In this document: positions 21,447 to 32,310 of the stretch, piece after piece
Position numbering within the stretch: the stretch's first letter is position 1
How the letters are laid out: each line of letters starts with the position of its first letter
Source: an uncultured virus (IMG/VR IMGVR_UViG_3300013115_000259)
Taxonomy: Duplodnaviria > Heunggongvirae > Uroviricota > Caudoviricetes
Virus record (IMG/VR): IMGVR_UViG_3300013115_000259
DNA length: 64,000 nt
Reading direction: 5' to 3' (one strand)
Notes under the pieces: generated by a model
Databases searched by the model: none
What the model saw: only the letters and a program-made list of their open reading frames with translations
What the model was told of the DNA's origin: nothing
Made by a program: the position numbers and the translations under genes

Positions 21447-24397
21447 TTTTAAGAGGAGATACTCGTAAGAATTTTGGAGAATATCTTCCCACACCAAGTA
21501 TCGAAAAAGTAAAAGTTTTTAATGGCAAATTAATAGTGCAATTAGGGCTTTATATAACAATGGCAGAAGATGAAGACGAAGACACTCTTAAAGAAAGATT
21601 AGCAGAGTTGTCTTATTACCTCTTCCTTGTAATATCTTCAGACTACGCAGAGGAGATCATTCAGAAAACGGGTAATAACATATTTAGCTATTTGCATGCA
21701 ACTAATTATGTCGCCGGCGCACATTCGGGATGGGAAGAGCTAGGATACAGAATGATTGATGTTGCGGGAGAATACCAACAACTAAGCTTTTCAGAATTCA
21801 CAGCAACCGACAATTATCTTTATGATGAAGCGGGCAATCGGATCCTGAAGATGTTGGCAGAAGTTACGTTGTCGGAGACATTGAGTGATATTGCTGATTT
21901 ATATGCCGACATGGGACAGACAAATGTGATTGAAAGTTGGAATGATTTAAATAGTCTCACTGTTTTTGCTTTTTCTTCCACTCTTGATTATTCCGATTCA
22001 TCGACAGACATTGAAGAAGAGCAAGAAAATCCTGTTTTATTAAATCAGAATGTTAGTGAAATTTCTTATGAAGTTGTTATTGAAGATTATGAACTTGCCG
22101 GCCAAGCTGAGATTATTTGGGTAGATAAAGAAAGAGATCCGTTTGATGGCGTTCCTTTACAATCTATAATGTCGCAATATTATACGCCCGATGGAATAAC
22201 TCATCAGGATATTACTGAATCATTTAATGATTTGTTAGAAGAATATCAAACCAAAGCGAAAACAGATACAGTTTTAGAAAGCGTTGTGGATAGCGTTTCG
22301 TTTGTGTTGGAAAAATACGGCACCGAACCAGATTTAGTGCCTCGTTTAAACGTGGTGAGAAAAGCTTGGCCACAGAAACTTGTTACTACCCCTAGCGGAC
22401 AATTATATATGAGATTTAATCGCAAGTTGTTTAATGCCAACAAAGCGGTTAGAAAAGGAAGGTTATTGCACAAGGAATTGGTTCTTAATCCGAAGATCAT
22501 TGATTTAAGAGAGCCTGCAGCAATAGAACAATATGAGGTTCAACCAGGATCCTATGATGGATTGGAATTTGAAGAAGGTACATTCTTGTATGAGAAATGG
22601 AATATGACAAGCATGGCATTGAGATCTACTGAGGCTACTGAGCTTGAATATGTGACAGGTTCTTATGAATCAGATTATTTGATGAATGCTGGATTCTTTT
22701 ATTTTGATTATGAAAAGCTCATGCACACCGGCAGCAATTTAGCTGGTGTTGTGGATGTTTCTAAAATAGAAAGTTTTTTTGGAAAAGAAATTACCAATAG
22801 TAAATTAACTGTCGATGACGTGATGCTTAAAAGAAAATGGAGAGAAGGATATTATGACGAAGATATAGAAATAATGATGTATGGAGTATTAGATTCTAAT
22901 CCTTCAATGGACTTCGTGATTCCTGCGGATTACAATGGATCATTGGCAGTCAGTTTAGAGTTGGTAGACGGCACCACTGAAGAGTCTTATCTTGTTTTGC
23001 GTAATTTCGCCTTCCCAGATCAAGAAGAAGATTCTTATCGTTTGATGTGTTTCGAATTCCAAGATATTCATCGGATGCCATATTCGTCCCATGTTCAAAG
23101 TGAGTTCTTAGAAAATGGCGCCGGCCCCCATTATCAAGAATACGTGACAACTGTAGGGGTTACAGATAATACTTTAGATGTTATCAAAGCGATAACTGCT
23201 AGCTATATTAGCTTTATGACAGGGGCTATGCAAGAATATTACGACGTGGCAGCAGAGAACTGTAGTTATAACAACATTGATGGGGTTTTTAATAAATTTT
23301 TTGTTGACAATATTACTACAGCCTGGTCGGACAATTTAGATGAAGCTCCATGGGTTAAAGGTCCTGTTTTGTATAATATGCATCGTGATTTGTTATTTGA
23401 TACATTTAGTGGAAGCGTTGCTGATATTATAGATGATTCCAAGAAGATCAGTGATAGAATCGGCCCCTATGCTGGCACATTAGAACAATTAGAATCGTTT
23501 TTAGAGCAGTTTAATAATTTATATTTATATCAATATTGGGAAAATGGCTCAAGCAATGTTCAGTTGCATGTTGATTATTGGAATGATTCTGGAACGATAG
23601 ACAAGGAATATGAAATCACTTTTACTGATTTTCCTTTGATCTATAATGAAACGCTTGCTACTGAATATGAAAATGAGGAAATTTTACAAGAAATAATTGC
23701 AGATCTTCAGGCCGAAATAGATTATCAAGAAGAGTTATTGGCGACAATACAAGATAAGTTGCCTACATTTTATTCTGACTCATGGGAGTCCCTCTTTAAT
23801 CTGTATGCGAACGAAACTATGACAGGGGAAGCGACATCCGAAAAGTGGAGCGATCAGCAAGACTCTGATCCTGACATGCTGCCACCACATGCTGGAAAAG
23901 ATGATTCTGGGTCTGATTCAGTTACAGTCGCCACGAGAATCATGGTAACACAAGGAGTAGATGCAGCTAGAGAATTTTTGACAGATTGGACTGCTGGCTG
24001 GCAGAACTCCACTAAGGAGAACACAAATCGAGGCGCAGCCTCCATTGGTTTTGTATTTCAAGCTTTGTATTGGTATACTAACTATTTAATGAGTTATCTA
24101 CATCTATTAGGATATGATGAAGAAAATGATTATGTGCTTAATTACGCAGAGTATATGCCCGATGGAATGTATGAAAAAATAACAGATTGGAGCAGTTATC
24201 ATGGTTGGTTTGAAATCTGGCCGGGTGAGGATGTACCAGATTCGGCCCTACGCACCGAAGTAAATAACTTTCTTGAACTCATGGACGGCCTAGAAGACGC
24301 AGGCCTCTGGCCAATGCCAACAGAAATTTCTTATTATTATCAACACCTACTAGATGATTTTGAGGTACCGACAGATATGAACTATGTGTCAGCATAA
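21434..24397 (+). CDS. Acidic hypothetical protein (987 aa)
   Basis: Long ORF overlapping the upstream gene in the tail module, with no recognisable motif. Confidence 0.5.
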   Translation: MSKLILRGDTRKNFGEYLPTPSIEKVKVFNGKLIVQLGLYITMAEDEDEDTLKERLAELSYYLFLVISSDYAEEIIQKTGNNIFSYLHATNYVAGAHSGWEELGYRMIDVAGEYQQLSFSEFTATDNYLYDEAGNRILKMLAEVTLSETLSDIADLYADMGQTNVIESWNDLNSLTVFAFSSTLDYSDSSTDIEEEQENPVLLNQNVSEISYEVVIEDYELAGQAEIIWVDKERDPFDGVPLQSIMSQYYTPDGITHQDITESFNDLLEEYQTKAKTDTVLESVVDSVSFVLEKYGTEPDLVPRLNVVRKAWPQKLVTTPSGQLYMRFNRKLFNANKAVRKGRLLHKELVLNPKIIDLREPAAIEQYEVQPGSYDGLEFEEGTFLYEKWNMTSMALRSTEATELEYVTGSYESDYLMNAGFFYFDYEKLMHTGSNLAGVVDVSKIESFFGKEITNSKLTVDDVMLKRKWREGYYDEDIEIMMYGVLDSNPSMDFVIPADYNGSLAVSLELVDGTTEESYLVLRNFAFPDQEEDSYRLMCFEFQDIHRMPYSSHVQSEFLENGAGPHYQEYVTTVGVTDNTLDVIKAITASYISFMTGAMQEYYDVAAENCSYNNIDGVFNKFFVDNITTAWSDNLDEAPWVKGPVLYNMHRDLLFDTFSGSVADIIDDSKKISDRIGPYAGTLEQLESFLEQFNNLYLYQYWENGSSNVQLHVDYWNDSGTIDKEYEITFTDFPLIYNETLATEYENEEILQEIIADLQAEIDYQEELLATIQDKLPTFYSDSWESLFNLYANETMTGEATSEKWSDQQDSDPDMLPPHAGKDDSGSDSVTVATRIMVTQGVDAAREFLTDWTAGWQNSTKENTNRGAASIGFVFQALYWYTNYLMSYLHLLGYDEENDYVLNYAEYMPDGMYEKITDWSSYHGWFEIWPGEDVPDSALRTEVNNFLELMDGLEDAGLWPMPTEISYYYQHLLDDFEVPTDMNYVSA

Positions 24398-24437
24398 CCT
24401 ACTGAATAGACTAATTAAGTTAAAAGGATGACATCAA

Positions 24438-25100
24438 ATGGCTAAAAATATTACCAAATCAGGACTCTCCACTAGAAACACGCCAGCTACGCGCGCAGCA
24501 ACAAGAAATTCCGCCGTATCTGGCCCACTTGGTTCTACGGCGAACAGTCGGAAAACCAACCTTATGCAGCTGCGCGCAGCCCTTACGAAAAACAGCACTA
24601 CGGGGGGTGATGGCAGAACGGGAGCAAAAGAGCTAGCAATAGCCTACCTATCGACAGTGGGTTGTTCAGTGCCAGAGTCGCGTTCAGACATCTCGAAAAA
24701 AGGATATTCTTTGTTGAGTGACACAACTGATACTGAAATGGTAGAGAATGAGAATATACTTGACTTGGATCGTTTAAGTCTGTTAGCCAATAAAACTATA
24801 GGTACGAGTGATAAATTTAGCAATGTAGATGATCCTTTTTATAATTTAGATGATGGACTTTCCCGAAGACAAACGCTAGCACGCCAAGCCCAGAATCTTC
24901 GCTCAGAACCAGATTTAAGCGTGTTTGCGGCCGCATTAAATGCATATAAAAACTCCACACCCCTTTTGGGTGAACCAGTAGCAACAGTTTCAACGGCAGT
25001 GGCTGCAGCTTCCACTAGTACTAGAAGCTCTCTTAATTTGGACAAACTGGGTACTACGTCAAGGACAAGAAGAAGTCCTACTAGTAGAAGCAAATATTAA
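24438..25100 (+). CDS. Basic Ser/Thr/Arg-rich hypothetical protein
   Basis: 220 aa, AAGGA SD, preceded by an ACTAATTA motif. Confidence 0.5.
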   Translation: MAKNITKSGLSTRNTPATRAATRNSAVSGPLGSTANSRKTNLMQLRAALTKNSTTGGDGRTGAKELAIAYLSTVGCSVPESRSDISKKGYSLLSDTTDTEMVENENILDLDRLSLLANKTIGTSDKFSNVDDPFYNLDDGLSRRQTLARQAQNLRSEPDLSVFAAALNAYKNSTPLLGEPVATVSTAVAAASTSTRSSLNLDKLGTTSRTRRSPTSRSKY

Positions 25101-25117
25101 TTAATAAGGAATGAGAG

Positions 25118-25720
25118 ATGCCAGAAATAATACTAACTGATATATTCACAGACGAGGAAGCTGCAGCCACTGCAATATCTGCGGATTCGTATATTTTTTA
25201 TAGTGCTAGCTCGACTTATATGGATGATGATGGATTTTATATGGCACCAGAATTCGGGCTTACCCCTCTTGTATCCGGCTCTGATGCTACGGAAACAATG
25301 TTAGATAATTTAAGCTCCGGAGAAGTGGGGATTTTTTGGGAAGGCTTTAATGAAGAGTTGTATTCTAATTATGTTCGTCAATATTACACTTTATCCGACT
25401 CGGATCCCCCTAGCGGTTCATATGACACTTCAACATTAAAGATGTCTTTTACGTATGATACGTCGGAGGAATTAGCCTTAGGATATCGATTTGGATCCTC
25501 TAAGTCATCAACACAAATAATAGACTCTGCCATCAAAGATATTGCTACACAGGTAGCAACAACCAATGTTAACGCAGAACACACTTTTAAGAAAATACGA
25601 TATGAAGTGTTAGATTATGATAATTTGTCGTCTTTTGAAGACGAAGAGGCGACACAAAATATTACAGTGGCCACTTCATTTGCGAGTGGGAGCGACAGCA
25701 GCATGGGAAGTTCATATTAG
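25118..25720 (+). CDS. Acidic hypothetical protein
   Basis: 200 aa ORF with AAGGA upstream. Confidence 0.5.
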   Translation: MPEIILTDIFTDEEAAATAISADSYIFYSASSTYMDDDGFYMAPEFGLTPLVSGSDATETMLDNLSSGEVGIFWEGFNEELYSNYVRQYYTLSDSDPPSGSYDTSTLKMSFTYDTSEELALGYRFGSSKSSTQIIDSAIKDIATQVATTNVNAEHTFKKIRYEVLDYDNLSSFEDEEATQNITVATSFASGSDSSMGSSY

Positions 25721-28258
25721 ATGAGTGTAAAAAATCTTGAAATTTTAGATTTGAATTTATTTTCTGGTTCTGGTGAGGTTTTCCGAACTGCTGTTGGCGG
25801 TTATTATGAAATTGTAAGCGGAGCATACGGAGAAGAAGTAGATCAGGTAGAGTATACTAGTGGTTCACTAGCAACTGATTTTATTAGCAGCATTCAAACT
25901 AATTTAAACTTAGAAGAAACTATATCCGAGGATGTAGTTATTCCTAATAAAAGATTTCCTGTGCGCCTAATTGGAAATGAGACTTATGTCACTAACGATG
26001 TTCAATGGAAGGCTATCTTATTGGGGGGCGAAGCGGGACAGTCAACTTATAGTTCGATCTATACTAGTGCTATTTTTGATGAGCATTCTTATAATTATTC
26101 TGTTCCATATACTCAGGTAGAAAGTATTTCCATCCCAGGCGGAAGTTCATTTACTGATGTCTCTCAAATCTCTTATACTTATAATACTTATTTGTCGGCT
26201 TATCAGCAGTACCTAGCTAGCACTATCGATTCAGAATTGCTTATTCCTAATATGTATTTGTTAAAGTCGTTTGAAATGTCCATGGAGACAGGTTCGGCTA
26301 TAACTTTGACTTCATCAATAGTTGATTTTGTTACTTTAGAAGGCTCTTTAGACGAAGAGGAGGTGGCTAAGATTTTTACCACTTCTTCAATCTTGTCCTC
26401 TTATTACAGCGCTTCTTATCCTAATACTCCTCTGTCTTCTTCTACTGTTCTTAATATGCAGAATACGCTACAAAATATCTTTTTTGATGCTGATTATTTA
26501 AGCGATGGGGATTCTCCTTATTATGAGATGGAGAGCACCATGGCAGATATTCCGTTTTATAATTTCATTGATTTTACAACCGCAACGTCAGGAGATGTTG
26601 TAGAGTCTATAGAAAATAATAATTTTTCTCAAAAGTTTTTGATGACGTTAAAAGAGATTTTCACCGGCGAAAACGAGAGTTTAACACCCACCAATCGTTC
26701 ATATGTTTTCAATGCAGAATATTATAGTGGCTCAGTGATTGCCGACACGGTTTCCACGGTCCGTTCGGCAAAAAATGTTACTGTAAGAACGGTAGATTTT
26801 TTAAAGATGTTGACATATGCATATAGAAACTATCAGTCAATGGCGACTAATTGTTATTTTTATGGAGGAGAGAGTTTTAATAGAACTGCAGTCAAAGACA
26901 AGACAGGGACTTATCGAAATATTAATGCGATGAATTCCACCAGGGTTATTGATGATACTATTACATATTTAGAAAATGCCGATAATTTTGAGATAACGTC
27001 TATTGAAGACTTGTATAATTTAGAAAATAGCTCGAAGGAAACAATAGCCTATCGTATAGAGAAAATCGGAGGACAGCCTACAGGCGATTCTAACACGCAG
27101 AATGTGCTGCAAAATTATTGGTATTTCAATTCGGATCAGATTGATAATTTAAATTTCTTTGATTCCCAAGTGAAATATGGAGAAGACTACACTTACAGAG
27201 TTTACGCCTATATTTTGGTTACAGGCAAAAAATATAATTTTTCAGATTTTAGATTATCGCGCCAATTGGGAACTACGGATCTATCAACGAGCGAATATCC
27301 ATGTCTTGAATTCTATGATCCACAGACGGGAAATCCTGCTGATCAGTTGCTGTATGGGTGGGAAGATAATTATTTATCGGGGAGCAATACTTACGCCACC
27401 AATGCTCAGATAATAGCGAACAATTCTTATTGTGCTGATTTTTATCTCAATTACGAACCAAATGTTCGATTGTTTGAAATTCCTATGGCGCTTAAAACGC
27501 TGAGAGTGATGGACAATCCTCCAAACACATTCGATGTTACTCCGTATCATATTAAAAACACGTCTCAGACAATTGGATTTACGATAGCTTATGAAACTTT
27601 TTATGATGAATTGTCATATCCGAAGACTATAACTGACGCAGATGTCGTCAATAAAGCGCACTATTTACATGGAAAAGATTTGTTGGAAACCAGTGAAATT
27701 ACTTTGGAAAGCGTGTCGCGACAAAGATACATTGATGTATTCCGTTTAGATAGAAAACCAACAGCACTCACCGATTTTAAAAACAATCAGGTTAGTCGTG
27801 TTGAGATGAAAAGAGGTAATGAAGAATTTTCCTACTCAACAATTGATTATCGTGATAGAATAAAAACTAATCAAAAATATTATTATTTATTTAGGATTGT
27901 CAATGATCAAGGAATTGCAGGGCCCGTGTCGGTTATTTATGAAGCTCAGTTAGTTAATGATGGGGGGTATGTCTATTCTGTCTTTAATATTTTATTTGAG
28001 GAAGAATTGAGTCGAGAGACATTTACTGAACCCTTTACACAATTTAAGAAATTGTTTCAATTACGCCCTAATATTTCTCATTTAATTCTAAATACTGATG
28101 ATGTTGATTTTAATGAAACAGCACACTCACAACTGGGGAATGTATCAGTTGGTAATGCAGACAGTACGATCTGGAATAAAACTTTTAAATTAAAAATAAC
28201 ATCTAGAAAGACAGGAAAGAAGATTGATTTGAACGTTACGTACAATTTACGGAGCTAA
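25721..28258 (+). CDS. Hypothetical virion protein (845 aa), possibly with FN3-like segments
   Basis: 'FFDSQVKYGEDYTYRVYAY' and 'YRDRIKTNQKYYYLFRIVN' look like FN3-type strand motifs. Confidence 0.5.
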   Translation: MSVKNLEILDLNLFSGSGEVFRTAVGGYYEIVSGAYGEEVDQVEYTSGSLATDFISSIQTNLNLEETISEDVVIPNKRFPVRLIGNETYVTNDVQWKAILLGGEAGQSTYSSIYTSAIFDEHSYNYSVPYTQVESISIPGGSSFTDVSQISYTYNTYLSAYQQYLASTIDSELLIPNMYLLKSFEMSMETGSAITLTSSIVDFVTLEGSLDEEEVAKIFTTSSILSSYYSASYPNTPLSSSTVLNMQNTLQNIFFDADYLSDGDSPYYEMESTMADIPFYNFIDFTTATSGDVVESIENNNFSQKFLMTLKEIFTGENESLTPTNRSYVFNAEYYSGSVIADTVSTVRSAKNVTVRTVDFLKMLTYAYRNYQSMATNCYFYGGESFNRTAVKDKTGTYRNINAMNSTRVIDDTITYLENADNFEITSIEDLYNLENSSKETIAYRIEKIGGQPTGDSNTQNVLQNYWYFNSDQIDNLNFFDSQVKYGEDYTYRVYAYILVTGKKYNFSDFRLSRQLGTTDLSTSEYPCLEFYDPQTGNPADQLLYGWEDNYLSGSNTYATNAQIIANNSYCADFYLNYEPNVRLFEIPMALKTLRVMDNPPNTFDVTPYHIKNTSQTIGFTIAYETFYDELSYPKTITDADVVNKAHYLHGKDLLETSEITLESVSRQRYIDVFRLDRKPTALTDFKNNQVSRVEMKRGNEEFSYSTIDYRDRIKTNQKYYYLFRIVNDQGIAGPVSVIYEAQLVNDGGYVYSVFNILFEEELSRETFTEPFTQFKKLFQLRPNISHLILNTDDVDFNETAHSQLGNVSVGNADSTIWNKTFKLKITSRKTGKKIDLNVTYNLRS

Positions 28259-28272
28259 TAATAAAAATGATA

Positions 28273-28280
28273 ACTATTTA
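28273..28280 (+). promoter_or_regulatory. Candidate late promoter ACTATTTA
   Basis: Intergenic, 18 nt before ATG 28299; one copy of a recurring motif. Confidence 0.55.
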
Positions 28281-28298
28281 TGGAAGAGAGGAAAATAA

Positions 28299-29327
28299 AT
28301 GGCTTTTTTAGACAATTCGGGTGATATTATTTTAGACGCTGTCTTAACAGACTTAGGGAGACAGCGCATGGCCCAAGGAAATTTTAGAATTTCAAAGTTT
28401 GCATTAGGTGATGATGAAATTGGATATAATCTTTATAACAAGGATCATCCATCGGGTTCTGCATATTACGATCTAGAGATCTTGCAGACACCGATATTCG
28501 AAGCTTTTACGGCAACCAACGCTAACATTAATTATGGACTGCTTTCGTACACGAAGACAGACTTGCTTTATTTGCCTGTTCTAAAGACTAATGAAATTTG
28601 TGCAGATCAGCCGTGGACAAAGTCAGGTGGAATTTATTGGATGCCGGTTAACACCGAAACCAATAGTGCTATCAAGACAGATGGCGCTTTGGGTGACAAC
28701 AAGTATACCGCTCGTTCTGGAGTAACCAGTGGCTATAAAGTTATCATTGAATCGGGCTTTGATACTACAGATTTGGTAGGAGATTCTGCAACTCGAAATT
28801 CTTATATTGTTAGTAACAATCTGGTAGACAGTCGATTTAATGTTTATTTTGATAATCGATTTATCGTTTCGTGCCAAGGGCCGAAGGCTAGCGCAGTTTT
28901 CAAAAACGACTCAAACGGCGCCGATGATGTAAGTTTCGGAACTTTGCTGTCTGTAGCAGCATCTTCAACCGCAGGGTTGATGGACAATTACAGCGTGGCT
29001 AGTATTAGAGGAATCCCTGATGAAGTATATTATTATGCTGGTGCCGAAGCCGCAGACACTGCAGTATCTGCATTAGCCGGCCCACGTGGCGCAGCCACAG
29101 CGGTAGCATTTACTGCTGATACGGGCATGACAGCCACAATGGCTGGAACAAGATCCACAAAATATGATCTTTATGGTACTGTAGGCGTCACAGGTGCAGA
29201 CCTGGCATGGACAGGAACGACATCTGCCTATACTTTCGACTATCTGGATACTACTGTTCTTGTACAGGGAACAACTACGGGAATGCAGTTACAGCTACCA
29301 GTGCGACTTATTAGAAGAGCTTCTTAA
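28299..29327 (+). CDS. Putative tail/baseplate structural protein
   Basis: N-terminal 'DAVLTDLGRQRMAQGNFRISKFALGDDEI' resembles tail-collar-fibre N-termini. It has a GAGG SD and an upstream ACTATTTA. Confidence 0.6.
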   Translation: MAFLDNSGDIILDAVLTDLGRQRMAQGNFRISKFALGDDEIGYNLYNKDHPSGSAYYDLEILQTPIFEAFTATNANINYGLLSYTKTDLLYLPVLKTNEICADQPWTKSGGIYWMPVNTETNSAIKTDGALGDNKYTARSGVTSGYKVIIESGFDTTDLVGDSATRNSYIVSNNLVDSRFNVYFDNRFIVSCQGPKASAVFKNDSNGADDVSFGTLLSVAASSTAGLMDNYSVASIRGIPDEVYYYAGAEAADTAVSALAGPRGAATAVAFTADTGMTATMAGTRSTKYDLYGTVGVTGADLAWTGTTSAYTFDYLDTTVLVQGTTTGMQLQLPVRLIRRAS

Positions 29328-29343
29328 AAAATTGGAGAAATAG

Positions 29344-30426
29344 ATGCCAGTACAGAATTATGAAATTTTAAATACAAATACGGATGTTACAACGACAAGA
29401 ACGTTGCTTCATGAAGTTATTCCTTTAACGGGTACTATCGTCAGTGGAACGTATGGTACTTTTGGTAGCGAACGAAATATTAAGAACTATGCTCACGGGC
29501 AATTCCAATCAGTTTATGATTATCCTTATTTGAGTTCATCAGCGAACCATATTTTTGATATTACGATGGGATATGATGAAAGCTCATGGGCAAGTGGCTC
29601 CTCGAATGTACAGAATGCTAAAAAGATTAATATGTATAATCAAATGTCGCAGGTGTTGTTGGGCTATACCGGCTCCAATGGCACTGTAGAAATCTTCGAA
29701 AGCGATTTGGACTTTTCTGATGACACCAAAGGCGCCGAGATGAAAGAGTGCTATTTCCTCTCTTTGTCTCGTTTGATTACAAAAGATCAAGTGAAGAAAG
29801 GATCTTTTAGTATTACATTGCTAACCGGATCATGGGGAACTGCTGGTACCATCACTCCCGCCGGCGCTACCACTTTAACTTTGACAGATGTATCAGCTTC
29901 TGAAACACAAGGCACCAACAACAAAGGTAATGCGGGAGAATATGGAGTTTTGTATGATGATGTTGCAAAAACAGGCACAGGCCATGGGCTTGTTTTTTAC
30001 CAGGCTGGTATTGTAGTGTTGACTGCGTCTCTTTTTGCTAATGATACTAATGATTTTTATAATGTTCCTGCGTATGGAGATCGCCGGCTATCAGCTTCGT
30101 TGACTGCTTCTACGATTTCTGGCAATTGTGACGCCCTCCGTCACCGGATTATGAACTTGTCGTATAACAACACCACGGAAATCAACTCAACAATCTATTT
30201 CTGCAGAGTTCCTCATACGAAATATAACTATAGTGCTAATCCTACTTATACTTCGGGTAGCAAGATCAGAGTTAAGTCCGTCGCGTCGGATACTCCCGTA
30301 GCATATATAACCACAATTGGATTATATAATTCAGCTAATGAGCTAATGGCAACCGCCAAGCTGTCGGAGCCATTACGCAAAGATCCGACAAACGAGATAA
30401 CCTTGCGCGTTCGTCTTGATTATTAA
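29344..30426 (+). CDS. Putative tail structural protein
   Basis: C-terminal 'YITTIGLYNSANELMATAKLSEPLRK...LRVRLDY' resembles a tail-collar-fibre strand motif; GGAG SD. Confidence 0.6.
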   Translation: MPVQNYEILNTNTDVTTTRTLLHEVIPLTGTIVSGTYGTFGSERNIKNYAHGQFQSVYDYPYLSSSANHIFDITMGYDESSWASGSSNVQNAKKINMYNQMSQVLLGYTGSNGTVEIFESDLDFSDDTKGAEMKECYFLSLSRLITKDQVKKGSFSITLLTGSWGTAGTITPAGATTLTLTDVSASETQGTNNKGNAGEYGVLYDDVAKTGTGHGLVFYQAGIVVLTASLFANDTNDFYNVPAYGDRRLSASLTASTISGNCDALRHRIMNLSYNNTTEINSTIYFCRVPHTKYNYSANPTYTSGSKIRVKSVASDTPVAYITTIGLYNSANELMATAKLSEPLRKDPTNEITLRVRLDY

Positions 30427-30462
30427 TACTCGAAAGACGACTACTTAATATGAGAGCAAAGT

Positions 30463-31740
30463 ATGTCTTATCGAAAGTTTAAATCTAATGATATAATTCT
30501 CAACACAATGAAAGCTTACCCTTCGTGTGAGTTTCTCATCTTTGATAGTAGATTATATTACAACAATAAGTCTCATCAGTCTGGGGCTCTTACCAGTAGT
30601 GTTCCTATGGGAACTCAGACAGGGTACATCAGCTTGTATGAATACAATGTGGACAGGCGCATCGTTAATACTGGAAGATATGTCCCACCAGTAGGGACAG
30701 CTTCAGTAGAAGATAAAGGAATAATTTATCCCTTTATAACTAAAGACGGAGCCCGTTCTAGTTTTAAAACAGCCGGCGAAACTAGCTATAGCAACGAGTT
30801 TCAATATGGAGATATTTTAACTAGCAGCTATCCTATGACAGCTTCTATCTCACGCGAGTATATGATCACCGCCGGCGCACGCAATGAAGGCGTTAATAAA
30901 GACACCGGAGATACATTTTCCACTGATCCGGTTTATCCTCATTATTATGCTTTGAAAAATCGTTTAAATTTTTATGGAGTTAGGAGTGAGCACTATAGTG
31001 TTTCTTCGTCTTACGGAGATAAAGATCTGCAAAATATTAATTTGATATCGGTTCCTTCTATTTTTTGGGGCGCCCAAATGAAGCCTGGATCCTTTTCTCT
31101 TAAGTGGTATCTGACGGGAACTTTGATTGGGGAGCTTCAAGATCCTAAACGCAACGGAGAGCTTATTCAAGTAGGACCCTCCGGGAGCACCGGAAGTGGC
31201 TCTGTTGCTGGCGTTGCGTTATACGATGAAGGATTCATTTTGTTAACAGGCTCTTGGAAGCTCAACGACGAGCACCAGATAGGATTGACGACTTCTTCTG
31301 CTGATTATCCTAAATGGATTTACTTTGGCGCGGGCGCATTAGACGGAGTGAACACTGGCAACGCCGGTAATACTTATATTTCAGCCTCTTTCGGACTGTC
31401 TTTCAAAGGAACTACAGAGACTCAAGTCATGACAATGTTTGCCCATGCCGGTAGAGGACAGGTTAATTATTCCAATAATCCTACCTTTTTAGAATATGGG
31501 CAAGCGTTAATGGAACAATCGTCAGCTTTTTCTTATGAAGAAAATCCTAATCGATTAATTAAAAATACTGTTAGTTCCAGTTATCCAGATTATTCTGCCC
31601 CCTTTAAAAGACAAGTATATGTCTCTAGAGTTGCTATCTATGACGAGAACAAAAATTTAATTGGAGTAACAACATTATCTAATCCAATTCTTAAGGAAGA
31701 AGATCGAGATTTAACCTTTAAACTTCGACTAGATATATAG
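30463..31740 (+). CDS. Putative tail structural protein, paralog of 29344..30426
   Basis: Shares 'NYS.NPT(Y/F)' and the C-terminal 'YVSRVAIYDENKNLIGVTTLSNPILK...FKLRLDI' pattern with the previous gene. Confidence 0.6.
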   Translation: MSYRKFKSNDIILNTMKAYPSCEFLIFDSRLYYNNKSHQSGALTSSVPMGTQTGYISLYEYNVDRRIVNTGRYVPPVGTASVEDKGIIYPFITKDGARSSFKTAGETSYSNEFQYGDILTSSYPMTASISREYMITAGARNEGVNKDTGDTFSTDPVYPHYYALKNRLNFYGVRSEHYSVSSSYGDKDLQNINLISVPSIFWGAQMKPGSFSLKWYLTGTLIGELQDPKRNGELIQVGPSGSTGSGSVAGVALYDEGFILLTGSWKLNDEHQIGLTTSSADYPKWIYFGAGALDGVNTGNAGNTYISASFGLSFKGTTETQVMTMFAHAGRGQVNYSNNPTFLEYGQALMEQSSAFSYEENPNRLIKNTVSSSYPDYSAPFKRQVYVSRVAIYDENKNLIGVTTLSNPILKEEDRDLTFKLRLDI

Positions 31741-31752
31741 TATAATAAACTT

Positions 31753-32310
31753 ATGATATTAGGGATTGATGTATCAACCAGTATAACTGGATTTGCGGTA
31801 GTTGCCGACGACGAATTACTTTATTATGATTCGGTTGACTTACGAAAATATAAGGGTGTTATAAATAAAGCAAAAGTCATCAAAGAAAAGATTGATGATA
31901 TTTTTGAAGCGTATCAGTGTGATGGCGAACATGCCCTAATGGGTAGTTCTGAATATCCCATTGAACATATTTACATCGAACAGCCATTCACTTTTTTTAA
32001 TTCTGGCGGCTCTTCTGCTAAGACAATGGCTATTTTACAGAAGTTTAATGGAATTGTATCGTGGCTTGTATATGAAATGTTTGAAATAGAGCCACAATAT
32101 GTGACAGCGATGGAAGCACGCAAGCTCGCCGGCATTAAAGTTCCGAGAGGACAAAAGGCAAAACAAGTTGTTTTAGAACATTTACTTGACAACGAACAAG
32201 CTTTCAAGATAGAATATACTAATAGAGGAAATCCAAAACCTGAGTCATATGATCGTGCCGACGCAATAATTGTTGCAAAAGCTGGATATAAATTACAGCA
32301 AAATTTATAA
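31753..32310 (+). CDS. ruvC: RuvC-like Holliday junction resolvase
   Basis: Catalytic motifs 'ILGIDVS', 'IYIEQP' and 'DRADA'. Confidence 0.85.
   Translation: MILGIDVSTSITGFAVVADDELLYYDSVDLRKYKGVINKAKVIKEKIDDIFEAYQCDGEHALMGSSEYPIEHIYIEQPFTFFNSGGSSAKTMAILQKFNGIVSWLVYEMFEIEPQYVTAMEARKLAGIKVPRGQKAKQVVLEHLLDNEQAFKIEYTNRGNPKPESYDRADAIIVAKAGYKLQQNL

Noticed and set aside
6761..31740. Extracellular contractile injection system or tailocin instead of a phage
   Set aside because: Terminase, portal, protease, scaffold and capsid genes are present in the same window.
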